Below, in pieces: positions 38,297 through 49,945 of a stretch of DNA of 64,000 nucleotides; position 1 is the first letter of the stretch, and each line of letters starts with the position of its first letter. The stretch spans positions 10,416,001 through 10,480,000 of the forward strand of contig NC_088800.1 of NCBI RefSeq assembly GCF_011386835.1. The letters run 5' to 3'. Origin of the DNA: Chrysemys picta bellii (taxonomy: Eukaryota). Position numbers and translations under genes: made by a program. The notes beneath the pieces are model-generated. The model did not search any database. It was not told where the DNA came from and saw only the letters and a program-made list of their open reading frames with translations.

Positions 38297-38469
38297 AACA
38301 GGAGTACTTGTGGCACCTTAGAGACTAACAAATTTTTTAGAGCATAAGCTTTCGTGGACTACAGCCCACTTCTTCGGATGCATATAGAATGGAACATATA
38401 TTGAGGAGATATATATACACACATTCTTCTTTTTGCGGATACAGACTAACACGGCTGCTACTCTGAAAC
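38297..38469. mobile_element. Penelope-like fragment (copy D): inverted pLTR piece plus forward tail
   Basis: Minus-oriented pLTR about 38295-38422 joined to a plus-oriented tail ttctttttgcggatac...ctctgaaac. 13-bp TSD ctgagaagtggag at 38284-38296 and 38470-38482. Confidence 0.85.
38342..38381 (-). ncRNA. Minimal hammerhead-ribozyme-like motif (PLE copy D)
   Basis: Minus strand reads GCAU-CCGAAGA-A-GUGGGC-UGUA-GUCCAC-GAA-AGCU-U-AUGC. Confidence 0.6.
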
Positions 38470-38479
38470 CTGAGAAGTG

Positions 38480-38822
38480 GAGCTGGGTTAAATTTTTTGG
38501 CCTCCTCCATTTTTTTTTCTTTTTTCATTGAAAAATGCAGATTTGTGACACTGGACTATTTTGTGAATTCATGTTGTTTTTTCCCCAAATTGTTTTGGTT
38601 GGGGGCAAAAATGAGGAAAAAAAATCAAAATGTTTTGTTTTGACATTTTCGTCTCAAAATAAACTCTTTTGAGATGAAAATGTCAAAACAAAACATCTTT
38701 TGGCTTTTTGATATGCTGGACTTCTTGGAAAATTTCATTTTTGGTTTGACCTGAACCAATTCCCTCCACCCCCCACCCAGAATTGTCAGGGAACTAAAAA
38801 TTCTATTATTCACACAGCCTTA
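38480..38822. mobile_element. AT-rich DNA-transposon remnant with central 30-bp hairpin
   Basis: Starts gagctggg. Arms 38630-38659 and 38667-38696 pair with one mismatch. Confidence 0.5.
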
Positions 38823-39749
38823 CTAAGGACCACTGTGTGGCTGGTGAATCTGTGGATACGTGAATCCACTGGTTGCACCACTCCACAGGGTTGGAGATGC
38901 AGCTGAATCTGCCCAAAAGCAGTAGTATTGATGGTGGAGCAGTTTTGGAGGAAGAGTTTATGGTCCAGCAAGCTATCGTTGACCTCCTATGTGCACAGAC
39001 AGGGCTGTTTTCCTATGAAACAGAGGTGTTTGCACATAATATCAATGTCAAAGTGGCAAAATTATATACTTCAATTAACTGAGCTGGTTTTTTAAGTCCT
39101 CATTTTTTTATCTGCGCCATTTTGTTCTTTCTTTGCACAGCACAATGGGGTCCTGCTCCATGACTAGGGCTCCTAGTTGCTACAGTAAGACAAATAAATA
39201 AATACAAATAATATATGTCCTGCTTCTCTTTTCACCAGAGACATTTTTGTCACTAAAGTGAGGTTTTTTCAAGCTGGAAAATATGAATATAAGGCAAGGC
39301 TCTTGATGAAACGGAGGGTACTTCTTGACTAAACCAAACCAAAAGTTCTTTCAACAGAGCAGGATATGTAATACATACATCAAAATCAAGAAGCTCATGT
39401 TCATGGTTTCACCAGGAATAGGACAAGTTTCTTTCATTCAGCTCCAGTAGTGGCACGAATTTAACTATATTGTGTTAGCAGACGCTGCTATATTAATTAA
39501 AAATGTAGTTTTAATTATTTACCCTACTTGGTTCATACAAATCTCAGTAGTGTAATCAGTGGGCTTCCTTAAGGATTTTCTCAGTATTCAGAAATAGAAA
39601 GGGTTTGTCTTTTCACTTTACTTAGGAGTGTATTCAGACTCTGCTTTTTTACTTCCAGGTCACCAGTTCTAATCTGGCCCAGTTGTGTCAATAATGCTTA
39701 GCAATCATATAGTATTTCTATATGTGCAATGCATTGTATGGATCAACTA

Positions 39750-40100
39750 ATTAATCTCGCAAAACCCGTGTGAAGTAAGAGGGAACGTATTATTATCCCT
39801 ATTTTACAGATGTGGAAACTAAGGCAGAGAGCTGACTCATTTAATATTAATATATGGAGATATGCCTATCTCATAGAGCTGGAAGGGACCTTGAAAAGTC
39901 ATTGAGTTGAGTCCAGTCCCCTGCCTTCACTAGCAGGACCAAGTACTAATTTTGCCCCAGACCCCTAAATAGCCCCCTCAAGGATTAATCTCACAACCCT
40001 GGATTTAACAGGCCAATGCTCAAACCACTGAGCTATCCCCTCCTTAGAGGAAATGGCAGAGACTGGAATAGAAATCAGGATAATCAGACTCTTAACCCTG
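39750..40100 (-). mobile_element. MIR-like SINE interrupted by a tortoise SINE
   Basis: attattatccctattttacagatgtggaaactaaggcagag before 39840; tggcagagactggaatagaaatcagg after 40044. Confidence 0.55.
39850..40043 (-). mobile_element. Tortoise-type tRNA-derived Pol III SINE, second copy
   Basis: Closely similar to 12106-12306. A box intact, B box mutated (GATTAATCC). Confidence 0.85.
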
Positions 40101-40858
40101 CACTTGTTCTTCCATGAGTAGTTATGTCTGATGGATGATTCTTCAGTGGTTTGATGTGCTGAGATTAGTTGTTGCAGCTGAACATAGTAACAAAACATTT
40201 ACAAAGAAAAATATCATTTTTTTTATGATGGAAATTTTCTTTCTTTTTTCTCTTACCAAACTGAGTTAGGACACTGAGGGGTCAAATCCTTGTAATTTAA
40301 TAGGACAATAGAAGATGAGTTTGAGAGCCTTAGCAAACCTTGAGGGTCCAGCTTTATATATTCTTGGCATATATTTAGTCAAGTGTTTACTTTCAGCACA
40401 AGTTGCATTTCGCACTGCAGAGCAATGGCCTTGTTGCAAACAGCAGAAAGAAGCTCAAAGCAAAGAGAAGTGGAGGGAAGAAGTGGTGAGGTTAGAGCCA
40501 AAAAGGCCTGACAGTAATATTCTGTAGCTCACAGTTGTGGGAATCTCAGTGTTTGCTTTGTTGGGAGCATGCAGGAGGTAGACAATGTTCAAACTCTATC
40601 TCCAGCCCATGGTGAATGGTAAAGAGTGGATGAGGAATTCTTGGTTTTTCTTCCTTTGTCAAATTCTCTTTTCTTCCGTTTCCAATCCCCTCTCATCTCC
40701 ACACTTCACTTTTTCTCAATCAGACGAAGGAGTCTTCTTGAATAGAAAAAGCTGCATCATCTAAGCTGTTACAACATAATAGAGAATGATGTAACTCTAC
40801 ACAGCCTGTCGTGTACCCTGGAAGTGTAATTAATAGGTGTGCTCTCCCCCTATCCAAG

Positions 40859-40933
40859 GCAGGTGCTTGACTGATACAATTTGGGATATCAAATACCAGC
40901 CTGAATTGTTTGTTGTGGGTACAAGTAGCACAG
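40859..40933 (+). CDS. Weak candidate 75-nt symmetric (phase 1-1) internal exon
   Basis: Acceptor ctctccccctatccaag|, donor cag|gtaaga. Single open frame RCLTDTIWDIKYQPELFVVGTSST. No protein recognised. Confidence 0.2.
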
Positions 40934-43286
40934 GTAAGAACACCTGCGAACCAAATACTCTTTATGAATTCTGGCCCACCTTAATTATACACTTTCTGCA
41001 AACAGTCAGTAAAAAAATCCCAAACATAAATGATCATGTAGCTTGAAGAATCAGACTTCTCCAATGATACAAGGCAAGCCTACATAAAAACATGCTTTAT
41101 AAACCAGAGTCATCAATATTCCAGGTCCTGCAGCATAGATTTCATTGAAAATCAAATGCCCTTTAAGCATATTTTCATGACAATATATCCAGTATCCCTT
41201 TCATTATATCCCCCCTCCTCTTCTCCCCTGTTCTATTTCTGGTTTGACCACATGTGAACCAAGATTAAATGATTTAGACACCTTTTTTTCCCCCCAGCAT
41301 TTGCAGTCTTCTACAAAAGTGGTTAAAATGAATTTTAATATGTTGATGGCACTTATTGAAGAGCTTAATATTCATAATAAATACCCCTTGGAAGTAATCA
41401 CTAGCACATCCTTTTGACAGAGGGGTCAAGGCTGCTAATGACAATAACTACTGCAAAATGCAATTCAGTCAATTACGTTAATTAAATTTCAAACTCCGTA
41501 ATGTCTTCCCATTTATATAGTAAACTAATAGGGGGGAAAAGAACACCATCTTTATCTACCTCCATTTATATCTCCCAAAATGTTTCCTTATGTTTTGTTT
41601 TAACATTTGCAGCTCTCACCAGCTTCTCAGAACATTTAAGATAATTATGGGCTTGGCAAATAAAGCTTATTCTTCAGCAAGAAAGGTTGAGATTTTCTTT
41701 TGAATGTTCTTTTATAGAATAAAAGCTTTTGCTTCACAGATCCTAATCTGGTATTTACAGACTAGCTTATTTTGGATAGTGCCGGCATTCCAGCGTAAAT
41801 GGTAGAAGTGTCTCCATTTCAGCGAATCCTTTTTTAATTATATTGTTTGAAATTGGAGTAAAAAGGAACACAGCTGTCTGGAGATTTGAGTAGTATACAG
41901 GTTAGAGTATACATAATGAGCTCATGAGAAATAACAGCAGCAGAAGTTTAATATATTTTGCGTCGAAGGTATTTTACACTACGGGCCAGATCCTCAGCCG
42001 GTGTAAATTGCATAGCTTGATTCTATATAGGTTCTTACACCACACTCATCACAGCAGAATCTGAATTCCTATTGACTCCAATTCATATACACCAGCAGCA
42101 GATTTGGCCCATGTTTGTAATGGAGCAATAATGTGTAAAATTAAAGCCCTACATTATCTGGAACATGCATGAATTAAATTACAACCAGCAGTGACATTCC
42201 TACTCTGAATTCAGTAAAATCAATAACATTGTTCACATGCTCACAGTAAGTACTCCTGTGAACATTTGTAATGATTGTTTTCGAGGAGGCTACATGACTT
42301 TAGTGACTATTTTAGTGTCGTCTATCTTTTGGGGAGCTCCTTATTTTGCCAGAAGTATAATCTTTGTGATCAGCAGCAAGTAAGGTTTGAAAAGGATCCC
42401 CCTAAGCAAATGCATTTGGTTCTGAAATACAGACGGGGGTATTTTCTTTGTATCTCTGTGCTTTCGCTGAACTCTTGTAAACTGCAGCAGTATCTTCAGC
42501 GGGCTCCCAAGTTCCCTGACAATGCTATAAATTTCATTAGGAAGATGAAGTCCTACAGTGCAATTAACTCCAAAAGTGGTACAAAGCAATAGCTTGGAGA
42601 TACTGGCCTACAGTACTTAGCACTTAACTCTGAAATTCAGATAAGCCCTATCAACTCAGGGTTGTGTTTAATGTTCACTCCTGCTTATATACCGCAGACA
42701 CAACCTAGCGGTCACAGTGTTAACACTCCCCAATATCTATTACAATTAGTTTTTGATTAAGAGGCCTAGCATGGCTTTTGAAGCCTTTTATGTTGTGTCA
42801 AATGGCTAGTGATGGAGTGAGATGCACAGACACCTCCCAGTAACAAAGCATCTTGTAAAAGGTTTCAAGTGAACTATTTTATCATCCTAATGGAAACCAG
42901 ATGACTCTAACTCCCCCTTTAATTTCAACTATTTACTGAAGAGTCCTTGTTTTGAATTACTTAAAGATTTATTCTAAACCACTATCTCATGCATTAAGAA
43001 TCACTAATGACAAAGCCATTTCAAGTGGAGCAAAGCTTTTAAAGACAACTGTGACTATGCCAATGCATTTTATTCTTAAGCGTATACCACTTTGTAATGC
43101 CTTTGCATTTTTATATCTCTGCTTAAATTTTCTTTCTGATTATCACGAACACAGCTTGTATTCAAACATTTTGACGCTGTAGTGGAGCGTCTAGTTGTGA
43201 TGGTGATAGTCAGTGGTTTTATTCCACATTAGGATAATTGATGACCACAATTTGGGCCTGATCCTCCACGTTGGGCCTGATCCTTA

Positions 43287-43389
43287 TCATAGACTCATAG
43301 AATCATAGAATATCAGGGTTGGAAGGGACCTCAGGAAGTCATCTAGCCCAACCCCCTGCTCAAAGCAAGACCAATCCCCACCTAAATCA
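43287..43389 (-). mobile_element. CR1 3' end (5'-truncated)
   Basis: tcatagaatcatagaatatcagggttggaagggacctcagg...ctaaatca is the reverse complement of the CR1 end at 61260-61360. Confidence 0.85.
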
Positions 43390-43394
43390 ACGAA

Positions 43395-43691
43395 GGGTAT
43401 GTCCAGATTACCCGCCGTATCGGCGGGTAGCAATCGATTTATCGGGGATCAATATATCGCGTCTCGTTAAGACGCGATATATTGATCCCCGAACGCACTC
43501 CCCATCGACTCTGGAACTCCACCAGAGCGAGCAGCGGTAGCGGAGTCAATGGGGGAGCCGCGGCCGTCGATCCCGCGCCGTGAGGACCCAAGATAAATCG
43601 ATCTAAGATAGTTCGACTTCAGCTACGCTATTCACGTAGCTGAAGTTGCGTATCTTAGATCGATACCCCCCTCCCCAGTGTAGACCAGCCC
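43395..43691 (-). mobile_element. PIF/Harbinger-type hairpin-rich MITE
   Basis: Ends gggtatgtccagatta / agtgtagaccagccc. 3-bp flanks gaa / caa (degenerate TWA). Homologous to 58249-58533 in the opposite orientation. Confidence 0.82.
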
Positions 43692-45349
43692 CAAGAGTAT
43701 CAGAGTAACCATTGTTGACTTCAGGAGAATGAGAAAGGGCTGCAGGATGAAGCGTGTAGAGGAAAATGCTGTTCTCGGTACACAGTTCAATTATTTCAAC
43801 TGAGCAGCGAGATCTTAGGAGGAAAACCTTGGCCACACTGTGTTGGTTACTCCATCGTAATGGCTGGCATTAGCTCCCAGGGTTCTAGCATTCCCCATCT
43901 GGAGATGGAAGGACTTCAGGGTGGATCACCTATCACTGCCCCTACTCCTCTCTGGCCTATTCTTTCCCTTGGCCCAAGTCATTCCGCACCTTGCTGCACC
44001 GGGAGTCATCAGAGACGTGGGCTCTGCCTCCCGGCTTGTGCAGCAGAACTCCACCATTTCCATTCAGCCTCCCCCACACAAAGAGCAAGGCTCCCCCGCA
44101 TGAGCTAGGTCATGAACTGTTTATCATGATGTCACGTAACACTGTTATTTACATCTGTGTCAGTATTTTATCATGCGTATTCTCCCGTTCTCTGTGGAAT
44201 GGCCTTCTAAGATATTCCAAGCAATACAGCTAAAATATTTTGTACTCAGTAACCCTATTTGTGTCAAACAGTAAAAGATTTCTATATATTGAAATAGTAT
44301 TATGGTGCTGAATGGTATTAAAGAATAACATGGATAGTTTAATGAATATGGAAAATTGTAGCTAAATTAATATCGAAAGAAACACTTGTGTCAGGAAAGA
44401 AAGAGGGAAAGAAATAAAGCTTTAAGCATGTAGGAATAGGTCATGTATTAAAGTATAACCATTAAAAATGTTTTGAGAAACCAATGATTACTCTGAATAA
44501 ACAGAAGGCATTGTGCTTTATTTATAAAAAACACCCAGCAAATATTGACTTCTCTTGAGGTGGATATCAAGATTTATTGACCCTTTGGGACAATGAATCT
44601 TCAGAGTTACAGAAACAAGTAGTCAATATGTATTGTTATGAAACAGTCATTGCAAATGTTTTCACTGTAAATCTCTCCATTCGGGTGATGGATTTCAAAA
44701 GTCTGACTATTTTCCCTTTGAAACCAACATCCTATAATATGTGGAGATGTACTTTAGCGGTACAGGAAAAACAAAGAAACATCTGTTCACGTCCTGCAAG
44801 GGGACAAATAATTGCTGCCAATTAGGATGCCATTATTTATATATGTGATCTTATTGGCTCATCAAAAATAAATAATATTTGTCATCACCAAACTCAGAAG
44901 CATATACGTTAATTTCTACAGATGATCTAATTGCGTGATACTGTTCCATACTTCACAGTTATTGACTTCTGAAGTTGGACTTCAGAAAGTTACTGTCTCT
45001 TTACCTTGCTGCTATCAGCCAATTGCGAGGAATTTTTTTTTTTTAATGTTTGGGACAATACTAGTTAGAGCTACAGATGGGCCCAGAGCTGGTTCTAGGT
45101 AGGGATGGGTGAGCAGAAGTAGCAGCCGGGAGGTGCTGCCCAGCTTTTTCTTTCTCAACTATTTGGGGCAGGGGATAAGAGGGGCATGTTCAAAACATTT
45201 TCTGCCCTAGCCTGCAAAATGGCTAGAGACGTTCCTAGATTGGCCTTAACTGCAAAGTTCAGATTTGGATCCAGGGCTTAACAAATTCCAAATTACAGAG
45301 GTGCATGATAATAATAAGTAATAATGGAATACATCACACATTATACCCT

Positions 45350-45570
45350 GAGATCTAAAAGCACATCACAAACATTAATTAATTAAGCTTCACAACACCA
45401 CTTCAATGCAGGCAACTATCATCTACATTTTACAAATGGGAAAACTGAGACGCTGAAAAATTAAATGACTTCCTGACGGTCACACGTGGAATCAATGGTA
45501 GAGCTGGAGTGAGAACTCAGGTCCACTGATTCTCAGTCCCTTGCTCCAACTACTAGGCAAAATTGCCTCT
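45350..45570 (-). mobile_element. MIR-like SINE
   Basis: attttacaaatgggaaaactgagacg...aaatgacttcc..ggtcacac...ggtagagctggagtgagaactcagg. Confidence 0.65.
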
Positions 45571-46047
45571 TACATGTCTTTGAAATTAGTGCTCGGAAAG
45601 TCAATTAAATACAGAAACTTACTAGAGGTCAGATGTTGGCTGCCCCTGAATGTGTGCATAAGGGAGCTGGAGGACACAGATACACCTGTACAGCTGAATT
45701 AGAGGGCAATCGGTTTCCCTGTGCTTGTCCTCCTTGGACTTGATCCAAAGCCTATTGAAAGCAGTGGAAAGATTCCCACTGACTTATGCACCCTTTGGCT
45801 TAGTTCCCTTGGCTGCCAGGTTCTGGGGAGCCATATTGTTGGCCAATCCCCTAAAGGGGCACAGTAAGAGTGTGTCAAGGATGCTGGCCCTCTGTACGCT
45901 GGCTGGTGGTCAGAAGCTGGCTCTAAGGGGAAAACAGGCTCACCTTGTTAGTGTGCTCTCTCTGCAGATTTGCCCATAGGCAGCGTGGTCTCGTTTAAAA
46001 GCTAAGAACTGTGCCTAAGTAAACTATACAGATTGCATCGTTAACAT

Positions 46048-46340
46048 CCTGGCTGGGATGATTTAGTTGGTGTTGGCCCTGCTTTGAGCAGGGGGTTGGA
46101 CTAGATGACCGCCTGAGGTCTCTTCCAACCCTAATACACCTCTACCCTGTTATAGTGCAACCCGATATAACACGAATTCGGATATAACGTGGTAAAGTAG
46201 CCCTCCCACGGGGCGGGGCTGCGCACTTCGGCGGATCAAACCACGTTCGATATAACACGATTTTACCTATAATGCAGTAAGATTTTTTTGGCTCCCGAGG
46301 ACAGCGTTATATCGAGGTAGAGGTGTATTTTATGATTCTA
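46048..46340 (+). mobile_element. CR1 3' end fragment split by a Tc1/mariner-type MITE
   Basis: ctggctgggatgatttagttgg...cttccaaccctaa [insert] ttttatgattcta. Confidence 0.85.
46137..46325. mobile_element. Tc1/mariner (Tigger-like) MITE, 189 bp
   Basis: TIRs cacctctacc...tata / tata...ggtagaggtg. TA duplication at 46135-46136 and 46326-46327. Internal cgatataacacga repeats. Confidence 0.88.
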
Positions 46341-49300
46341 ATATTTTTTTCATGGCATCTTGGGCCTGGAATTGGCATCCTTTTAAAATATATTTTAAAT
46401 TGAAATAAATTTCTGACCACACCCATTTATAACACACTTTGATTTTTTTACATACTATGCAAACGGGCCCTGATAAGGTCTCATGGGATTATAATATGGG
46501 GAAAGACACTTTATCCAACACTTTCCTATATCAACCCAACCATATTTGTCAGCCATTCCTTTCTCCCTAACCATTACTGGCATATAACAGCACTCCTGGT
46601 TCACCAACCCAACCATCAGAAATCTTTTCTGCTGGGCGATGTAACATGCCATCTACTGTAACTCGATGCTTTGACCCCTTTTATTGTTCTCTCTCTTTCC
46701 CTCCGCTCCGTTCTTCGTTTTGAATTCACCTTTTAGCTGATGCTGGATGTTATTATAACATAACCCAACTTAAATAATGTAATTTTCAAGATGAGTATGT
46801 CATACTGGGTACAATGCACTTAAGATTCAAATACACTTTTTTTTATTGTGACTGTATCACACTTGAAAGTAACATCATTTATCTTTACAAATATTCATCC
46901 ACACATACATATAGAATCTAATATATAAGTATTATAATGCTTACCATTCAGTCCCTTGTGAGTATTCATTCCTCAAGTTTTGCATCGTTTTTATTACCAG
47001 GAAGAAAACCCATAGGACAGAAAAGCCACAGTTGAGCTGAAGAGCTAACCATAAATGAACAAAAATCTCACTCCTCAAGGCATATCTGAGAGAGAAATGC
47101 TGAGAATGCAGGTGTTTTTTTTAAAAAAAAAATCTTAGTAAAACTTTTACCATTGGCAATTTAAATACATTTTGCTGAGAATCAATACACAGCTTCCGTG
47201 ATCATCAATAGGATACTAAACTCCAACATTTATATGTTTTAATATATTTTTTTCAGTAATGATCTAAAGGAGGGGCTATATTTAAAGACACAGATAAGTT
47301 TGGGGATGAAATCAATTCTTCATTTCATATTCTGCGATGTTGTCAACAGAGAGCATTGTGAGCTCAGGGTAAGAATCAATTGCAAAATATATAGCTGTGC
47401 AACACTTTTTATCAATGATTTGAATAACTTTACTGTGGCTGCCTGAAATAAAAAATAATTTGTTGGGAAGGCAAGGGAGAGAAAGAAAGAGTGAGAAATT
47501 AATGTCTTAAAATTAGGTTTCCTCTAGCTTTAATTCCATATGCCTTTAAATATTGGTCCTTGCCCTTCCCAAAGTTACTTCTATCCACTATTTTCATGAG
47601 CTTGCTGTAAACTGCCAGTTTTCCGGTGTTAATTATTAATATGACCTGTTTATGTACTAGTTATCCAGCTAACCATTAATGTCTGTTTACTCATTGATGA
47701 CCTTTGCAACTGCGTACCAGTCTCTTGGCCTGTAAATGTCAACATTTTTTTAAATAATCGAAATGCTCTTCATATCTTATGACTATCTAACCAACCCCTT
47801 AAAGATTTTTTTTATTTAATGGAAAAACAAAATGTAAATACTGTCATTTTTCAAGGATTACAAATCACCGAATTTTAAGCGAAGGGAGTTTAAGCCAAAA
47901 GGTCCATGTGAGAAAATCCAGAAGAAATAATTTCACTATAAAGTTCTCTCTCTTTTGTACTAAAAACCAAAACCCACCCAACCAGCACTAAAGGACCGGG
48001 ACCTAGTTCTGGGGAATGGAACACATTTTTCTCAAAATTTCATTAAGCACTTCCACATTCAAATAAGTCTGCAGGATTTATCTCTAGTTAGGCAGTCAGT
48101 ATACATTAACCCTGACACTGGCAAGACATTTCTAATCCACACACTCTCCTCCTAATGGCTAAAATTTAGATTAGGCAATACAGCTGGATTAAGGCAGCAA
48201 AGGGTGACCTTAATTTTACCCATCACTGCAAACTGTGTATCTTTGGGTTTTGTTAATTACATTAGCCTAATTTAAACAGACAATCAGAAGCCCAGTTAAA
48301 AACAAAAAGGAAAGCATTCCCCCCCTAGAAATGTTGTGTATGATGGTCTCTCCCTAGCTGTTAGCGAGATTATAGAAGCAGGCAGCTTTTTTCTTCTTTG
48401 GTCAACTAACATCCTTGACTAGGAAAAGCCCCATTGAAATATTATCTTTGCAATAACATTTACAATTTGTAGATTTGAAACCGGCTTTTTACTGAAATAT
48501 TTTCAAATATTAACATCTTCTTGTCCATAAGTAAGAGTGGTGGCATTTACAGAGATTACAGTTTTGAGCTATGTCGTGCGGGTATGTTCACATTTTCTCG
48601 TCCATTGAGTTCTAACTTCAATAACATTTGGGGGGTTTTATGAGCTACAACCCTGAATGCTTAGTGAGTCTGTCATTTCATGTTGAATTTATCATATAGA
48701 AAGTAAACTGTGGAGCAAGCTGTCAGAAGTCACTGTATCTGCAGTCTTTGAGGATTTGGATTGGGACTGGGTGGGAGGTAAACTTTCTAGATCTCCGCTC
48801 TGAGCTGCATAGACCATATTGTTTTTGTGAAGGAATTTGGCTGGGCAGTAACACATTTCCTTCAAACAATATGCTTCTGTACAGGATGGTTATACAGTAC
48901 TTCGAGCATATAAATGCCTCTCAGGTTTTCAGTACTGAATGATAACTCACCTTGTCTTTCTCAGTGAGGTAGGTAATAAATAGAAATCTGGACTAGAAGT
49001 GAGACATTCTGACTTAGTTAAATCTTTTGGTGTCCTGGAAAAGACAAGTAGACTCAATTACTATGCCAGCAACTATATAAAGATTGTCAAATTAAATATA
49101 AAAACTTATGTTTAAATAATGGTATGACAAAACCCAAGACAAAAGAGGAAAATCAAAGCTATGCTGACATTGTGACCTGAAATCACCGTGCTGTGGGGGG
49201 GGGGAAAAAAAAGATGTCCTCTAAAATGTGTATTATTGTCCTGAACTTCTAGAATAGAGATTGAGAGGCTAGACTTGGGTAAACCCATATTAACCTAGAC

Positions 49301-49414
49301 ACTCAAACAACTGGCTATTAAGGCATTAATTCATGCTGTGTTCCCACTATACTACAACCGCTTCTTTTTGAAACAATTCCACAGTTCATTTGCCTAATAT
49401 GTATGCATAAAAGG

Positions 49415-49945
49415 TAATAATACTAATACCTTACACTTTCAATAAGCACCCTTAATTAAGCCTCCAAAAATTCCTATGAGGTTAGATAGGTGATATATTG
49501 ATATCGCTTCACACACCACTGCAATGTTTCAAACACAACAGTGGTTTAATAATGCACAGTAACACTACACAACTGGACTGCAACTGACGAAGCATACCAC
49601 ATCCAGCTGAAACTTCAGGGAGAATTTAGGCAGAATGTAATTATTTGTACTGGACATTGTGCTTCTCCAGGACATTGGGTTAACTCCATGTTTCTTACAA
49701 ACCATACTATGGGACCTTTAATAAACCTAAATGGTAAGGACTTTAAAAAAATATCTCATTTGAAAGACCTTACCTCAGCATCCTTTACTATCATGCTAGG
49801 GAATTCAGTGCTGACTCAGAGGAGAATTCATAAACTAGAATATCCAGCACCATTTCCTGCAGCAACTAGGTCTTCCTTGTAGGTCTCCTATCTAAGACTG
49901 ACCTAGCTTGACATACTTTAGTTTGTGAAACAAGGGCCATGGCTC
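49415..49945 (-). mobile_element. Near full-length AmnSINE1-like Deu-SINE with 5S rRNA-derived head
   Basis: Minus strand: head ...ggtcagtcttagataggagacc (5S-like), then tgctgcaggaaatggtg...ctctgagtcagcactgaa, Deu-like aaaggtccca...tgtcctgg and an AT-rich tail. Collinear with 61366-61872. Confidence 0.65.

Noticed and set aside
42275-42592. 105-aa plus-strand and 82-aa minus-strand ORFs outside repeats
   Set aside because: No recognisable domain or coherent splice signals; consistent with chance.
46680-46800. Strong polypyrimidine tract plus AG with a downstream GT
   Set aside because: All three frames contain stops. It could be a non-coding exon but there is no supporting evidence.
46946-47090. 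Minus-strand open exon-like segment with a GTAAGC donor
   Set aside because: The peptide is unrecognisable. It shows how easily exon-like patterns arise by chance here.
49860-49945. 5S rRNA-like sequence
   Set aside because: Highly diverged and continuous with a Deu-SINE body; it is a SINE head, not an rRNA gene.
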